Shown piece by piece: positions 10,553 through 24,084 of a DNA stretch of 64,000 nucleotides; position 1 is the first letter of the stretch, and each line of letters starts with the position of its first letter. The stretch is from Octopus bimaculoides (Eukaryota). The notes below the pieces were generated by a model that saw nothing but the letters and a program-made list of their open reading frames with translations, ran no database searches and had not been told where the DNA came from. Where the stretch lies: the NCBI RefSeq assembly GCF_001194135.2, contig NC_068985.1, forward strand, positions 36,711,011 through 36,775,010. The letters are read 5' to 3'. The position numbers and the translations under genes are program-made.

Positions 10553-12809
10553 NNNNNNNNNNNNNNNNNNNNNNNNNNNNNNNNNNNNNNNNNNNNNNNN
10601 NNNNNNNNNNNNNNNNNNNNNNNNNNNNNNNNNNNNNNNNNNNNNNNNNNNNNNNNNNNNNNNNNNNNNNNNNNNNNNNNNNNNNNNNNNNNNNNNNNNN
10701 NNNNNNNNNNNNNNNNNNNNNNNNNNNNNNNNNNNNNNNNNNNNNNNNNNNNNNNNNNNNNNNNNNNNNNNNNNNNNNNNNNNNNNNNNNNNNNNNNNNN
10801 NNNNNNNNNNNNNNNNNNNNNNNNNNNNNNNNNNNNNNNNNNNNNNNNNNNNNNNNNNNNNNNNNNNNNNNNNNNNNNNNNNNNNNNNNNNNNNNNNNNN
10901 NNNNNNNNNNNNNNNNNNNNNNNNNNNNNNNNNNNNNNNNNNNNNNNNNNNNNNNNNNNNNNNNNNNNNNNNNNNNNNNNNNNNNNNNNNNNNNNNNNNN
11001 NNNNNNNNNNNNNATATATATATATATATATATAGTGATAGTGGTGTCAATTATTATAAGATGTTATAAGGATAATAAGTGAGGCGACAGAAAATATTGT
11101 GAAACTTTTGAGAAACAAGAACTGATTACAAGTTATATGTTTAATATTTGGACATGTTACTATTTTTTTACAAAACATTCAATTTGTTTTACAACTGTAT
11201 ATTTCTACCTGTTCCTAGTAAAAAAATGTGTTACACTGCTGTGCAGCGTTCGAATATCTTTAAGGCTTATATTTCTGAAAGACTTAACACAAGTGCATTT
11301 TTCCATCTAAAGGAAAAATTATAAACTAATTTATCCAAAGAAAATAAACTAATTTAGAAAGTCTTAAGTAGACTTTTACTCGTTCCGGTTCATGAAGTAT
11401 TTACATTTAAAAAAAAAAAGAAGATAATGAAATACAGAATACTATTGATAGAATATGGTAGAACACATAATTGAAACTTATTTTAGAATGGACATATAAA
11501 AATTATTAAGAACTAGAGACGGAAATTCTAGAAATTGCATCAGATTAAAAATGAAGATAAAGAAAAGGGGAGAACAACATTAATGAAAATTTGGTGAGTG
11601 AAGAAACTAGAGGAAGAATACTTAAGAAATGGAAGAAAATATGTGAAAAGATGAGTGAAGTTGAGAATAAGTTAGAAATCTATGAATGTAGAAGAAAGTA
11701 AAAGAGTAAGAGAAATAGGATGAGATGACGTTCAATAGAAGAAAAAATGCCAACAATAAAGTAATCCTAAATGGTTAGCGTCCAAAATGAGAGAGTAAGA
11801 AGGAATGGACACAATCAGATAGTGGAATTAAAGAGAAAAAAACGAAAACATCATGAAAACTAGTAAAATATAAATATAAGTATAAATACGAATATAAATA
11901 TATTTGTAATATTGAAAATTAAGTAAAAAATATTATGAAAGATTAAAGGGTGGTTTATAAAAATATAATTTAAAAAATAATGATGGAAAATGATAAAGAA
12001 TGAGGTGACAGAAAAAGAAACGCAAAACGAAAAAAAAAACCCCCAAAACAAATAGTGAAATTTTGTAAGTGGTAGAAAATATGAAAACGGGGGAAAAAAA
12101 ACTGGATAAAAATTTGAGTAGGTAGTCTAGAATATAGAAAAAAGCAGGTGGAAAGCAAAAGAAAGAAATAATGTGATAGAAGACGACAGATAAGACTGAA
12201 AAATATCATTGAGAAACGAAAACGCTAAAAGAAAATGTATGTAGATAGGGAAAATAACAGAGATGTAATGTTAGGAAAACAGAAAATAAATTACTGAAAC
12301 TAAGGAAAGAAAACGACAAAAAACAAATTACTACTGAATGTGATTCTACATTTCTGCATCAACTGCCGTGTTACATTTACAGCTGTTACAGCTGCTGCTG
12401 TTACTTCTGCTGTTGTCGCTGTTGTGGCTATTCTTGTTCCATAATAAACACTCACTTATATCCACATGAATTTAGTTTCGCTGTAGCCTAGTTACTATTT
12501 TTTTTGTTGATGTTCTCTTCTGTACTTTATCCACTTGTCTACTCTTATCGAACAGACATATTAAAGGCATCCCACCCATGACCATCACATCTTGCTCGAC
12601 AGATTTTTTTTACCAGAACTACATTAAACAATATTTTCTTTCTTGTTAAAGACAGCAGATTAAGATTTGAGGAAGATTTTGCCTTCCTTTTTGCATTACT
12701 GTATCTTTTAAAATCGTAAGGTGTAATAAAAGGGTAAAAAAACCTCCTTCGGTCATTAATGACCATGGGATTGCACCTAGAAAGTTCTTTTCCGAGGCAC
12801 AAATCGGAG

Positions 12810-13067
12810 CAAGGTTGTTTATGGAAGACCAGCAGTCACCCATGCATACCAGCCTATCTTCTTCATGCTACCGATGTTATCCAAGGGAAAAGCAAAGGCC
12901 GATACAGCTTGGCATCAATAACGGTGTAACTCATTTCTATAGCTGAGTGAACTCGAGTAACGTGAAATAAAGTGTCTTGCTGAAGAACATAACATACAGC
13001 CTGGTCCGGGAATTGAACTCAGTATCTCATGATTGTGAGTTTGACGCTCTGACCACTGAGCCATGTG
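12810..13067 (-). mobile_element. tRNA-derived SINE (third family)
   Basis: Minus-strand head catggctcagtggtcagagcgtc...gagttcaattcccgg has an A box (TGGCTCAGTGG) and a B box (GAGTTCAATTCC). A related decayed copy lies at 60700-60875. Confidence 0.8.
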
Positions 13068-13089
13068 ATATGAGTGAAGCAAAACTGCA

Positions 13090-13730
13090 CTTTTAGCAAA
13101 GTAGAGGGTCTTTCGTTGGCTCGTCAGTGTTCACTTTTCATTGGTGCCTGTATGTGTAGGGTTTGATAAGAGTGAAAAATGCTGTTATTTACATAAATTG
13201 ACCATATCAGATTACCTGGGGGTAATGTTTATTTATCCGGATGTACGTCACTTGAGAGTTGGTAATTAGGGAAACTACTGTTTGGTCTTATGCGATAGAT
13301 ACTTGAACAAAGGAGAAATTATTTTAGGAATTATATCACCATTTGATAAAATTTTGATAAAGTAGTATCACAACTGTGGTTTAGTTTTTCTCAGGGAACT
13401 CGTAGGAAATGCTTCACTCATTCTAATTATGGCATTATTTGTTGCTATTCAAATTTGGTACTCCTTCGTAATGCTTAGATTACACTGGCAGCTAACTTTA
13501 CATAAAATATAATGTTTCATGAATACTTTTGTTTATTCAAATATTATAGGGTCTTCTACATTTGAGTTTCCAGATACATTGGGATAAAGTTGTTGAATTG
13601 ATTATGCCTCTGGATCTAAAGAAATGATTGTCCTGTGAACACTGTGTCTTCAAGCATTCTCTGTACTTCCCATCTGTTACAAAGCGCATTCGATAGGAAT
13701 TTTCCATAAAGTGAGGATGATTCTACACTT
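13090..13730 (-). mobile_element. Penelope-like element 3' remnant (GIY-YIG C-terminal part plus 3' region with decayed HHR)
   Basis: NSTTLSQCIWKLK (13561-13600) and QCNLSITKEYQI (about 13450-13490) match the PLE endonuclease C-terminus. CTGACGA...GAAA lies at 13111-13127. Confidence 0.7.
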
Positions 13731-13968
13731 AAATTTATGCTGTCGGACTAGTTCATGTACTGTAAAGCATTATGGTGGACAATTTGAAAGTCTGTATTAT
13801 CCAAGCAACTATAGCTGCCATACACGCAATTTTTGTTGAAAAATCTTGTGGTAGTGGTGTTATGGGGAAATATTTGCATATCAGTGGTACGAGGAATTTT
13901 TGCTTTCACTATATGCAAAATAACACACACACACGCACACACACACACACACACACGCACACACACAC

Positions 13969-14012
<44 letters not shown>

Positions 14013-14459
14013 CCATAGCACATGCTACTTGTTGAATAGCACATGCTACTTGTTGAATAGCACATGTGCATTCTCAGTCATTAAATATTTCGTTTAGCTG
14101 AACTAAAATTGTAGTGCCCAGACTCATTGGCCTCGATCGTCTATGGTGATGGCTCCTCGCTGCTCGACGATGAAGATTTAGTTGTTTGATTTGTTTGATC
14201 AATTGAATTACTTACTTTTGAACTAAAGTATACACGACTGAGTTTTTCACAAGCATGTGCTTCCTTAACGTCATTATTAGGCAAAATCCTCGCAATATAA
14301 GGTGTGACGAGTCTGTACTTCTTGAATTATAAGTCCAATCAACTCGACAGGATTCTGTAGAGTTTCAGTCCACCTAATTTTACTGACAAGCAACACGAAG
14401 CTATAGAAAATTTTTGCCAAAGATGTTACACTACACACTAATATATACGTTATATATAC

Positions 14460-14490
<31 letters not shown>

Positions 14491-16386
14491 TGTATATGTA
14501 TGCATGTGTGTATGTATGCACGCATGTATCTTGTCTTCTGTAAATCGAGTCTACGATCCTAATTCATTATGGCCACTTGTACCACTTTTATTAAATCTTC
14601 TAAGTAAGCTCTAATTCATTTTATAACTCACAAGCATAGAAAACTGAATTAAAACCAGAACTATCTTAAATATGTGAAACAAAGTAATCGAGTTCAGCCA
14701 ATACCAGCTGACATTTTAATGAGAAAACGAGAAGCATATTTTAAATAACTGGAATTACTTTAATCAGGAGCCAATCAGATATTCTAATAATTTCATCACT
14801 TTATTGCAGGATCACAACTGACGGTGTCAACTAAAATTCACACACACACACACACACACGCACACACACACACAAATACGTCTGCTATTTGATTCCTTAC
14901 GTAACCGAGGAAATATGTTGCAGAAAAATTATTAGTGTCACTGTAATAGATTAAAACAATGATTGCATTTAGTAGTCCATTAACCGAAACCTGTGAAAGA
15001 GTGACAAAAATGGAGGAATAAATTCATTTGCAAGAAATAAGAAATCACACGACAGAATGTGTGAAATTGTAAGAAGCTAATGAGAGTACTTTTGAATAGT
15101 CGCAAGACAGATCTATTAGAAATAGGAGTTAAGTCTCACTGGAATCACTCCCTATAATCATAAATAAAGAAGAATATATTAGACAATTTAATCATTCATA
15201 TACAAAAAGATGGGATGATCAAGATTAGGACGCCATTGCCCATGTCACTACGATTAGGGATGTATACTGGAGTTTATACAGAAACAGTCCTGATTGATGG
15301 AAAGCTTTTAGCTGTGATAATTCCATCTATTTAAGTTATATCATATACTACATTATCTTAAGTGATGATTGGATGTGATTCAAGGGATATTTTGTTGCTA
15401 TATCCTGTTGAGAGAATGAATTTGTTGCAGTACTTCGTTGGCTTGATTGCGGTGCGGGATTGAGTGGCAATGGGTGCATCAAACAATGTTTCTGTGCGTA
15501 GCAGTTGCTCCGCGTCAGATAATGAAATATTAATAAACCTATCAAGACATCAGTTTCTGTCGCTGACAGAAATCTTGAGATTATTCATGGATGTGAAAAT
15601 ATGAAGTTGAACATTTCATCAAATGTTTAACAAATATAAAAGAAGAAACAAAATTTCGATGAATAAATAAATATCTAAATAAATAAAACAACCAAATAAT
15701 TATAATCATCTAATATGTGTGTATGTATATATTCATGCGTATAATATATANNNNNNNNNNNNNNNNNNNNNNNNNNNNNNNNNNNNNNNNNNNNNNNNNN
15801 NNNNNNNNNNNNNNNNNNNNNNNNNNNNNNNNNNNNNNNNNNNNNNNNNNNNNNNNNNNNNNNNNNNNNNNNNNNNNNNNNNNNNNNNNNNNNNNNNNNN
15901 NNNNNNNNNNNNNNNNNNNNNNNNNNNNNNNNNNNNNNNNNNNNNNNNNTATGTATGCACATACATGCGCGCGTGTTTGTGTATGTCAATTTGTTTATTG
16001 GTTTATCTATATTGGTTTTTTACTACCTGACTGTCAGTTTATGTCACTGATTCTGGATATTTGTGAAGCCTGCGTTTCTCTGTTTGTCTCTTCGATCTAT
16101 CAACTACTTTAAAAAATTCTTATAATTTATTCAAAACTTAATGGAAGAGAATGGATGACAACTGTTATTTGTTTTTACACCTCTGCACATAAAGAAAGAG
16201 TTTCAAGTTCAGAATGTGTTTGTTCACTATATAGTTTTCGTTCACCAGTTTCTTTAGGAACTTGTGTGTGTTTTGTGATATGTTGATAGCAGTAGATGAA
16301 GAAACCGTGGCTGACTTCATTGGTAGTTAAAACTGTGTTTGTGGAATCCGTTGTTGTTGCTGAAGTGGCAATATATCATCTATGTC

Positions 16387-16586
16387 AGGCGGTGAGCTGG
16401 CAGATTCGTTAGCACTCCAGACAAAATACTTAGCAGCATTTCCTTCGTCTTGATGTTCTGAGTTCAAATTCCGCCGAGGTCGACTTTGCCTTACATCCTT
16501 TTGGGATAGAGGAAATAAGTACCAGTTGAGCACTGGGGTCGATATAATCGAACTTCCTGGCTTTATGTCAAAATTTGAAGCCAATA
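16387..16586 (+). mobile_element. SINE family A
   Basis: ggcggtgagctggcagattcgttagc...gagttcaaattccgccgaggtcgactttgcc...gtaccagttgagcactggggtcgat, with a B-box-like GAGTTCAAATTCC. More than 20 related copies occur in the window. Confidence 0.9.
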
Positions 16587-16649
16587 TATCTATGTGAAGT
16601 TCATGAGTAGAGGAGTTGAGTGTATTGGTTGGAATTAATTTATTGCGAG

Positions 16650-17056
16650 CAGTGCTGAATTAACCATTAAGCAAAATAAGCACGTATTTAGGGCATCAAA
16701 GGAAAAGGAAACGTTATAGAAATGTGAAAAGGTTTACGGCACAAAAGAAATCACTTCAAATTTGCTAAAATAATATTCGAAGTTGTTTATATGATTGGAA
16801 ATATAATTTCAAAGTGTTTATGGTGTCATAGTGAGGTTTAGATCAAAGATTTTTCAAAAGGAAAAAAAAAAAGTTGGAGAAAGTGGAAGCATACAAAAAT
16901 AAAAGTTATTTTCTACCTTACAATTAATTTCACTTTGAAAAATAAAATAAAAAACATTTTATAGTTTATTTTCATTTATATATTGAATTACATATATACG
17001 GGTGCACCAAAATCGTTTAAGTGCTTAGGGCCCCTATAGGTCTTAATCTGCCCCTG
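16650..17056. mobile_element. hAT-type non-autonomous DNA transposon (MITE)
   Basis: Imperfect TIRs cagtgctgaattaa / ttaatctgcccctg. The 8-bp flanks attgcgag and gttgtgag differ by two transitions, consistent with a decayed 8-bp TSD. Confidence 0.65.
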
Positions 17057-17076
17057 GTTGTGAGGGAGAAATATGT

Positions 17077-17112
<36 letters not shown>

Positions 17113-17129
17113 GTGTTATGAAAATGAGT

Positions 17130-17700
17130 ATTATAAATTTTGATAGATCTGTGTGATATTGCTTCATTTGAGTTTGTTGGGTTTTAGAATTATCATGAGT
17201 TTGTCCAGAGTCCAGATTTCATAGTATTAAATAATGGTTTTACTAAGTAGTTTAGGTGTATGTTTATAATTTTATCTGGCTTTAAGAATATTGAGTGAGT
17301 TTTAAGATTTTCATGTTGGTTTTCTAGTGTCCAAAGTGTTTGAAATTGCAATCGGGTTGGAAGATGCATATTTTACGTTTTGTAGTCTTGCCCACTTCGT
17401 GTGTGTAAGGTAAATGATATTTTCAAAAAGTTTAATAATACATTTACTTGCTGTTGGTCTGTAGGGAAGTACTTTGAAACTGTAATTGTGATATGAGGTG
17501 TAATGTGGCAGTGGTTGTTGCCGATACTCTTAATGCACAAAGTGTGGCGTTTTACTGTTTGTTCTGTGGTTCATGTTGAATACAAATAATTACTAGTTTA
17601 CTGTTTGCTTTATGGTTCATTTTCTGTGATATTTTCTATAGCTGTTTGATATCGACTTTTATTTCTGTTGTGTAGGGTTTGTGCATTGTGTTTGAAACTG
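17130..17700 (-). mobile_element. Highly decayed Penelope-like endonuclease remnant
   Basis: FKVLPYRPTASKCIIKLFENII (about 17410-17480) resembles the PY..TS..C.LCL.EK..I segment of PLE GIY-YIG domains. The rest is unreadable. Confidence 0.4.
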
Positions 17701-19594
17701 CCTTTTGTTTTTATAAGATTAGTTCGATCTGTAATTGGGTTTATAATCTTTTGCTACTCTGTGGATATTGTTTTGTATTTTGTTTTTGGATTTGTCTGTA
17801 TATATTCTGTTCAATGTATATCATGGAGACATGTGTTGGTCATTGTGGTTTGTTGAAATCTGTGAAACTTAGTTCTGTTTCCTTGGGGAATTGGCTCCTG
17901 TAGGCATCTTTTGGAGTTAGTAAAAATGAGCTTTTATTTTGTTTCCTGATGGGTGAATGCTTTGTGATGATGAGTGGAAGGAAGTCAGAGCAGTGTTAAA
18001 GTATTGGTTGTCCTAAGACTGGAGTAGAGGGTGATGCATAGTGTTGTTGTTAGCTTCGAATGTACCTGGGTATATTATTATGGGTTGTTTTAGGATAGAG
18101 ATGGAGTTTAGTTGTAATGATAATGTGTCGAAACTTGTGTTATCTGTATTAGTTTTGTAGCAGGATGTGTTGTGCATATTGAATCTTTCTCTTGTGATGA
18201 TGCTTGTGAGAATGTTATGGTTGATGTATTTGAGGTGTGTGAGTTGCTTTGACTGTTAGTGATATTGTCGGCAGAATATATATATATATGCATGTATGGT
18301 TGTGTGTATATATNNNNNNNNNNNNNNNNNNNNNNNNNNNNNNNNNNNNNNNNNNNNNNNNNNNNNNNNNNNNNNNNNNNNNNNNNNNNNNNNNNNNNNN
18401 NNNNNNNNNNNNNNNNNNNNNATATATATATGTATCTCTCTCTTTCTCTCTTGTATAATCTCTCCATTATATTATATATATAGAGAGAGAGTTAATGTGT
18501 TGTTGAATTTCAAATTGAATGCTTATATAACTATTGAATTGTCGGGATCCATTTAGGAATGTCTGTTGCTTGTTGTACTTTTGAACTAGATGCATGATTT
18601 AATGTATGTTAAGAGGCTTTCTCTGTACTGTGGATTAAACTGCACAGTTTTATCATTAATGTTTTACAACAGCAGCTACAAAATCCACTGTCACTTTTCA
18701 GAGAAGATTAAATAACTAACAATCACACTCGGTAAGATAAACATACCATTCTGACAAAAGACAGAAATGTTGCAAGTTGCATACATCTCTACAGCATTCA
18801 CAGCACATACAGGAGGTATAGTAAAGGAAACAAAACGCTGTAACAACATCCAGCACTCACTACTATCACCTTCAGCTAGCGTATAAACAATATCTTGGGG
18901 TCATGATGAACCGTAGAAATGATGGACCTGGTAAGAACCGAATCTCTCTGTAGCGGATCACAATAAATTACAACGTACCCAAAACACTGCACTTCATAGA
19001 AACGCGTGCTGCACTCATTTACACTTTATACACCAAAATCAAAATACTGAAACCGAAAACCATTTGAATAGCGAGGGACGTAGTTCATTATTGCAGAAAT
19101 TTTTAGCCCTCATAATCAATTCTACTGCATACAAAATAGTCACTCCCCCAAATACTTAATTGCATCTGCATCACCCCAGAATACTGCAGGTGGTGGCGAT
19201 AGATGTCGATCTTTCGGTAAGGAGGACTCAGTTGTTCGATTAACTGAATTACCTGCTCCTGAATTAACATGTTAGTGGCTAAGCATTTGATAGACACATG
19301 CGCCCTCAAAGTAATTTTCAGCTAGTATATGCGTGACACAGCATATGAAGAAGTTGTACATTTCCTTTGACGTGCTTCTATACAACTTCCTTTTTCATCT
19401 CCTACATGTCAGCCTGTGTATCTACAAAATAAAACTCACCCCAAGATGCAGTGGAATCAAATCCGGGACTCCGTGGTAACGAAACGAACTTCTTAACAGT
19501 CCGGCCGTACTTCCTACATAACTAATTTAAAAGTACTATCTCTCCTTCTCTGCTCAAACAAACATATACAAACTAGAAATTACTAAAACTGTTA

Positions 19595-19830
19595 TATCTT
19601 TTATCTTTTACTTGTTTCAGTCATTAGACTGCGGCCATGCTGGGGCATCACCTTGAAGTACTTTTAGTTCAATGAATCAAACCCCAATATTTATTTTTTC
19701 TTAAGCCTAGTACTTATCCTATCGGGCACTTTTGCCGAACAGTTAAGTTACGAGGACATAAACATACCCACACTGGTTGTCAAGCGGTGATGGGAGAGAA
19801 ACACAGATACAAAGTCACACACATGTGTAT
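19595..19830 (-). mobile_element. SINE family B/C, 3' part
   Basis: ttttatcttttacttgtttcagtcattagactgcggccatgctgggg...ggttgtcaagcggtg matches other copies. Confidence 0.85.
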
Positions 19831-20154
19831 ATATATACATATTTACCAAAATTGCATAAAAATATCTTGATATACTAAGATTGACACCCAAACATTCAGA
19901 AGTGATCGTATTGGAGCTTCCGGCGCGAATACCAAGCTGTACAGCATATAGTTTCCAAATTTCTAGCAGAGTGAATTGCGCTATGGTGCTGTTTTTTTCA
20001 CAGACGGTGCCCAGCTGATCCTGCTGTACTGCGTAGTCGACAAAATAAAAAAAACAACCAATGTGCATGCGTGAAATTAAAGATATAAAATGGTGACAAT
20101 TTACCCATCGCACCCCCTTCCCTCTCTCTCTAAATATATATACACACACACACA

Positions 20155-20320
20155 TGACAGGCTTCTTTCAGTTTCCGTCCACCAAATCAACTCACTAGGC
20201 TTTAGCCGGCTCGAGGCTACAGTAGAAAATACAGGCCCAAAGTGCCACGCAGTAGGACTGAAGCTAGAACGATGTGTAGTTGGGAAGCAAGCTTCTTAAC
20301 ACAGAGCCACGCATGTGTCT
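20155..20320 (-). mobile_element. SINE family B/C, head and core
   Basis: cttctttcagtttccgtc...gtgccacgcagtaggactgaa...gaagcaagcttcttaacacagagccacgc. Confidence 0.8.
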
Positions 20321-22456
20321 ATAGCTAAAAACTCATAAGCTATATACCTAATGTTATGATAAACACATGGGAACAGCAGCTATCGTGTTTTGACCGCATC
20401 CACTTTGTCCATGACCATCACCAAAATTTACAGGTGTATAAGAAATAGGTTGAATAGTGCACCGGTTATAAGGTGCTCAAAGTGCAACACTGCAGCTACA
20501 GCGATTCTCCATTGCGTATCGGTGTATGCAGAAGGATCGTCTTTATGTTAGAGGCGTATAGTCGGTTGGCGGTAAACTATGTTCGATAAGTCAGTCCGAT
20601 GAGGGTTCACATAGATCGTCTCCAACGACGACCACCACCACCAACCACCACAACAACATCCTGACCACGACAACGAAGGTAACGAACCACGACCACGACC
20701 ACAACCACCATTATCACAACTACCATTACCAATGTTGCCACCACCACTGCCGCAGCCACCACCACCACAACCACAACCACCAGCACCACCACCAGNNNNN
20801 NNNNNNNNNNNNNNNNNNNNNNNNNNNNNNNNNNNNNNNNNNNNNNNNNNNNNNNNNNNNNNNNNNNNNNNNNNNNNNNNNNNNNNNNNNNNNNNNNNNN
20901 NNNNNNNNNNNNNNNNNNNNNNNNNNNNNNNNNNNNNNNNNNNNNNNNNNNNNNNNNNNNNNNNNNNNNNNNNNNNNNNNNNNNNNNNNNNNNNNNNNNN
21001 NNNNNNNNNNNNNNNNNNNNNNNNNNNNNNNNNNNNNNNNNNNNNNNNNNNNNNNNNNNNNNNNNNNNNNNNNNNNNNNNNNNNNNNNNNNNNNNNNNNN
21101 NNNNNNNNNNNNNNNNNNNNNNNNCCTACCTTTAGCAACAATAATAACTACGACACCAGATTAATACATGCGATGACATACAACCGTGTTGCCACATTCG
21201 AGCTCATTTATTTATTTTTTTTTCCTGTTCGGTAATCAATATTAATCTGTTTGATGACAGTAGAAGATATTAACGCAAACATTCACGCACGTACACGCAC
21301 GCACGCACAAAGAGCATTTAGAAATACAAATATATGAAAGGTGATGTGTCAATTTTTCTCCAAAAGGTTTACAAATTCATAGCGGTTTCGCTTTCCTTCC
21401 CTACCCTTTCCCCTTTCCCTCTATCTACATATGTGTGTCCATATATAGATAAATCATCATATATATATGCGTGTAAATATAAATGAATATATGTTTATAT
21501 ATGTATCATTATATATGTATACAAACACACACACACACACACATATATATACATACAAACATGTACATATGTATTTATATATATGTGCATATGCGTACAC
21601 ATAAATATCATAGATATTATGCATCATAACACACGTACCACACACACACGCACACACATGTATATATAAGCATGTATATATATTTAGTATATAAGCATAT
21701 ATATAACTATATATGCAAATTATATTACATCTAATGACACGCAGAGATGTATGTATATATCTATTCAAATGCAAGTTTTATTTATATTAAGTATAACATA
21801 TATATATATATATATATATATANNNNNNNNNNAAATATATACATACATACATACACACACATATATGATGTATATATATTTATATTATAAACATTTGCAA
21901 TGCGTGCATACACACACTCACAGACACACACATACACACATTCTCGTTTATCTTGGAACGAAAACGAATTAATATCTATAAACATAGAAATTGCTTTTCT
22001 GTACCCATTTCTATCCTAATTCTCCTTTCCTATCCCTGTCTATCTATCTATCTATCTATCTATCAGAATTCCCCCCTCTGTCTCTCTTTGTGCCTACATA
22101 TGTGTCTGTCGATGCGAATGGTTGAATATGCTTACGTACGATTTTGTGTGCATATGTATGGTTAAAGAAATTTATATAAAATTCCTAAATCTGTCCACCA
22201 TAAATCATTCCAAACTTTGCATTTCACACCACGGATGCCACAGACACACAACCGCATACAACTTGTCATTAGTGTTGAAATTTAAATCAGACCAACAGTA
22301 CTACATAGAAATTTATATATTGGTGTACTTCAACGGGGCAAGCGTATGCTTTTCCCTTTTTGTTGGTGATGCATCTTTTTATTTTCTGCGTATGCACATC
22401 CCTCAGTCTCTCTCTCACTCACAGACACACACACACACACACACACGCACACACAC

Positions 22457-22488
<32 letters not shown>

Positions 22489-22604
22489 TCTCTCTCTCTC
22501 TCTCTCTCTCAATCTATCTATCTATCTATCTATCTATCTACTATCTTGCTATCTATAATACCGGAAGCTTCTTGTATTTCAGATAGATAGATAGACAGGT
22601 AGAT

Positions 22605-22646
<42 letters not shown>

Positions 22647-23652
22647 GAATGTATGCATGTATGTATATCGTGCGAGAGTGCATGGGTCAGCTATGGAGAG
22701 AAAGAGTGAGGCAAGAGAGAAAGAAATAGATCTGAGCTCACGACAAATACTTTATCGACCCCAGAAAATCTAATGGCTAAGTTAGCCTCAATGAGATTTG
22801 AACTCAGAGCAATGCAGAGAGCCAGAACGAATACCGCAATGTATCCAATATTCAAATGATTGTGAAGTATGTGACTAAATGAATCTCTAATCTAGCTTAC
22901 ATGCCTCAATTCTATGGTTGAAATAGAACATTATACTGCGCAATGAGGGTAAACATGAGCCTTTGGAAGAGAAACTATGTATGTGTGTATGCGCGCGTAT
23001 AGATATAAGAATGCATATTACTTTCTTTCTTCCACCTCTCTCTCTATATATATGCATGAGTGTGTGTGTGTGTGTGTATGCGTGTGAGTAGAATATTAAA
23101 GAATTGGACTATTAATGAAGTTAGTGACGTAAAAAATGCCTTTGGTTTATTAATATTCTTAAATCTCATTAAAAAGCAGATCAAGGCAATGTGGAATCAA
23201 AACGACTAGATTTTAAAGTCTTCATTTGAGTCTTCATTCGTCTCGTGGTTTTCAAGTTTTACTTAAGGGGTCAGAAACATTAATGAAGCTCTCAGTATTT
23301 ATGGTTGTCGCCAAATTTTAGCTTGCTAACTAACATTCGGAAGGAAGTAAAAGAACACGGCAGCGTTGTTAACTGCAACGTGCAATGTCGGTGGGCAATT
23401 CGCGCTAAAAATGATTAAAGGAGGGAGCTTTATGTGGTCATTTGTGCTGTTAGTAAAATAGTAGCCGAATGACGCCTATTATATCACACAGTATTGTCGC
23501 AAAAAAAAAACAAAAAAACGAAGGGCACATTGTATATTGTAGTTCTAGATATACTATATCTTAATAAAACAAGGGATAGTCGTGGCTGGATTGCCTTTAA
23601 TCATAGATCTATTCAGTAAAGCCTGACTTGAGGTCAAACAACAACATTAGTA

Positions 23653-23870
23653 ATCTTTTCTACTAAAGGCATATGACCTGAAATTTTGGGGGTGAGGGTA
23701 CCAGTCAATTACATCGACCCCAGTGTTTCACTTGTACTTAATTTATCGAGTTCGAAAGGATAAAAGGCAATGTGGACCTCGGTGGAATTTGAACTCAGAA
23801 CATAGCGGCAGACAAAATACCGCTAAACATTTCGCTTGGCGTGCTAACGATTCTGCCAGTTCGCCGCCTC
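23653..23870 (-). mobile_element. SINE family A, near full length
   Basis: Reverse complement of the family A consensus, ending gtgctaacgattctgccagttcgccgcct. Confidence 0.9.
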
Positions 23871-24084
23871 AATAACAACATTAATAATAGCAAGAATAAC
23901 AACAACAACAACAACAACGACACCGACAACAGAAGTATATGTCAGTGAGGGAAGTTCTACGTGTGAGATTCCACGGAGTGGTCATATATGGAGTATTTGG
24001 TTCTTTCAAAGAGTCCAATTAAAACTAATATTTCGTAAAATACTAGCAGATGAGTAAATCTGCAGTCTAGCAATTGCATGTTCA

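Noticed and set aside
14015-14066. 21-bp direct repeat x2.5 (atagcacatgctacttgttga)
   Set aside because: A simple local tandem duplication with no spacers; not CRISPR-like.
20548-21235. Gly/Cys-rich and Pro-rich ORFs
   Set aside because: These come from a (CCA)n-type degenerate microsatellite running into an N gap.
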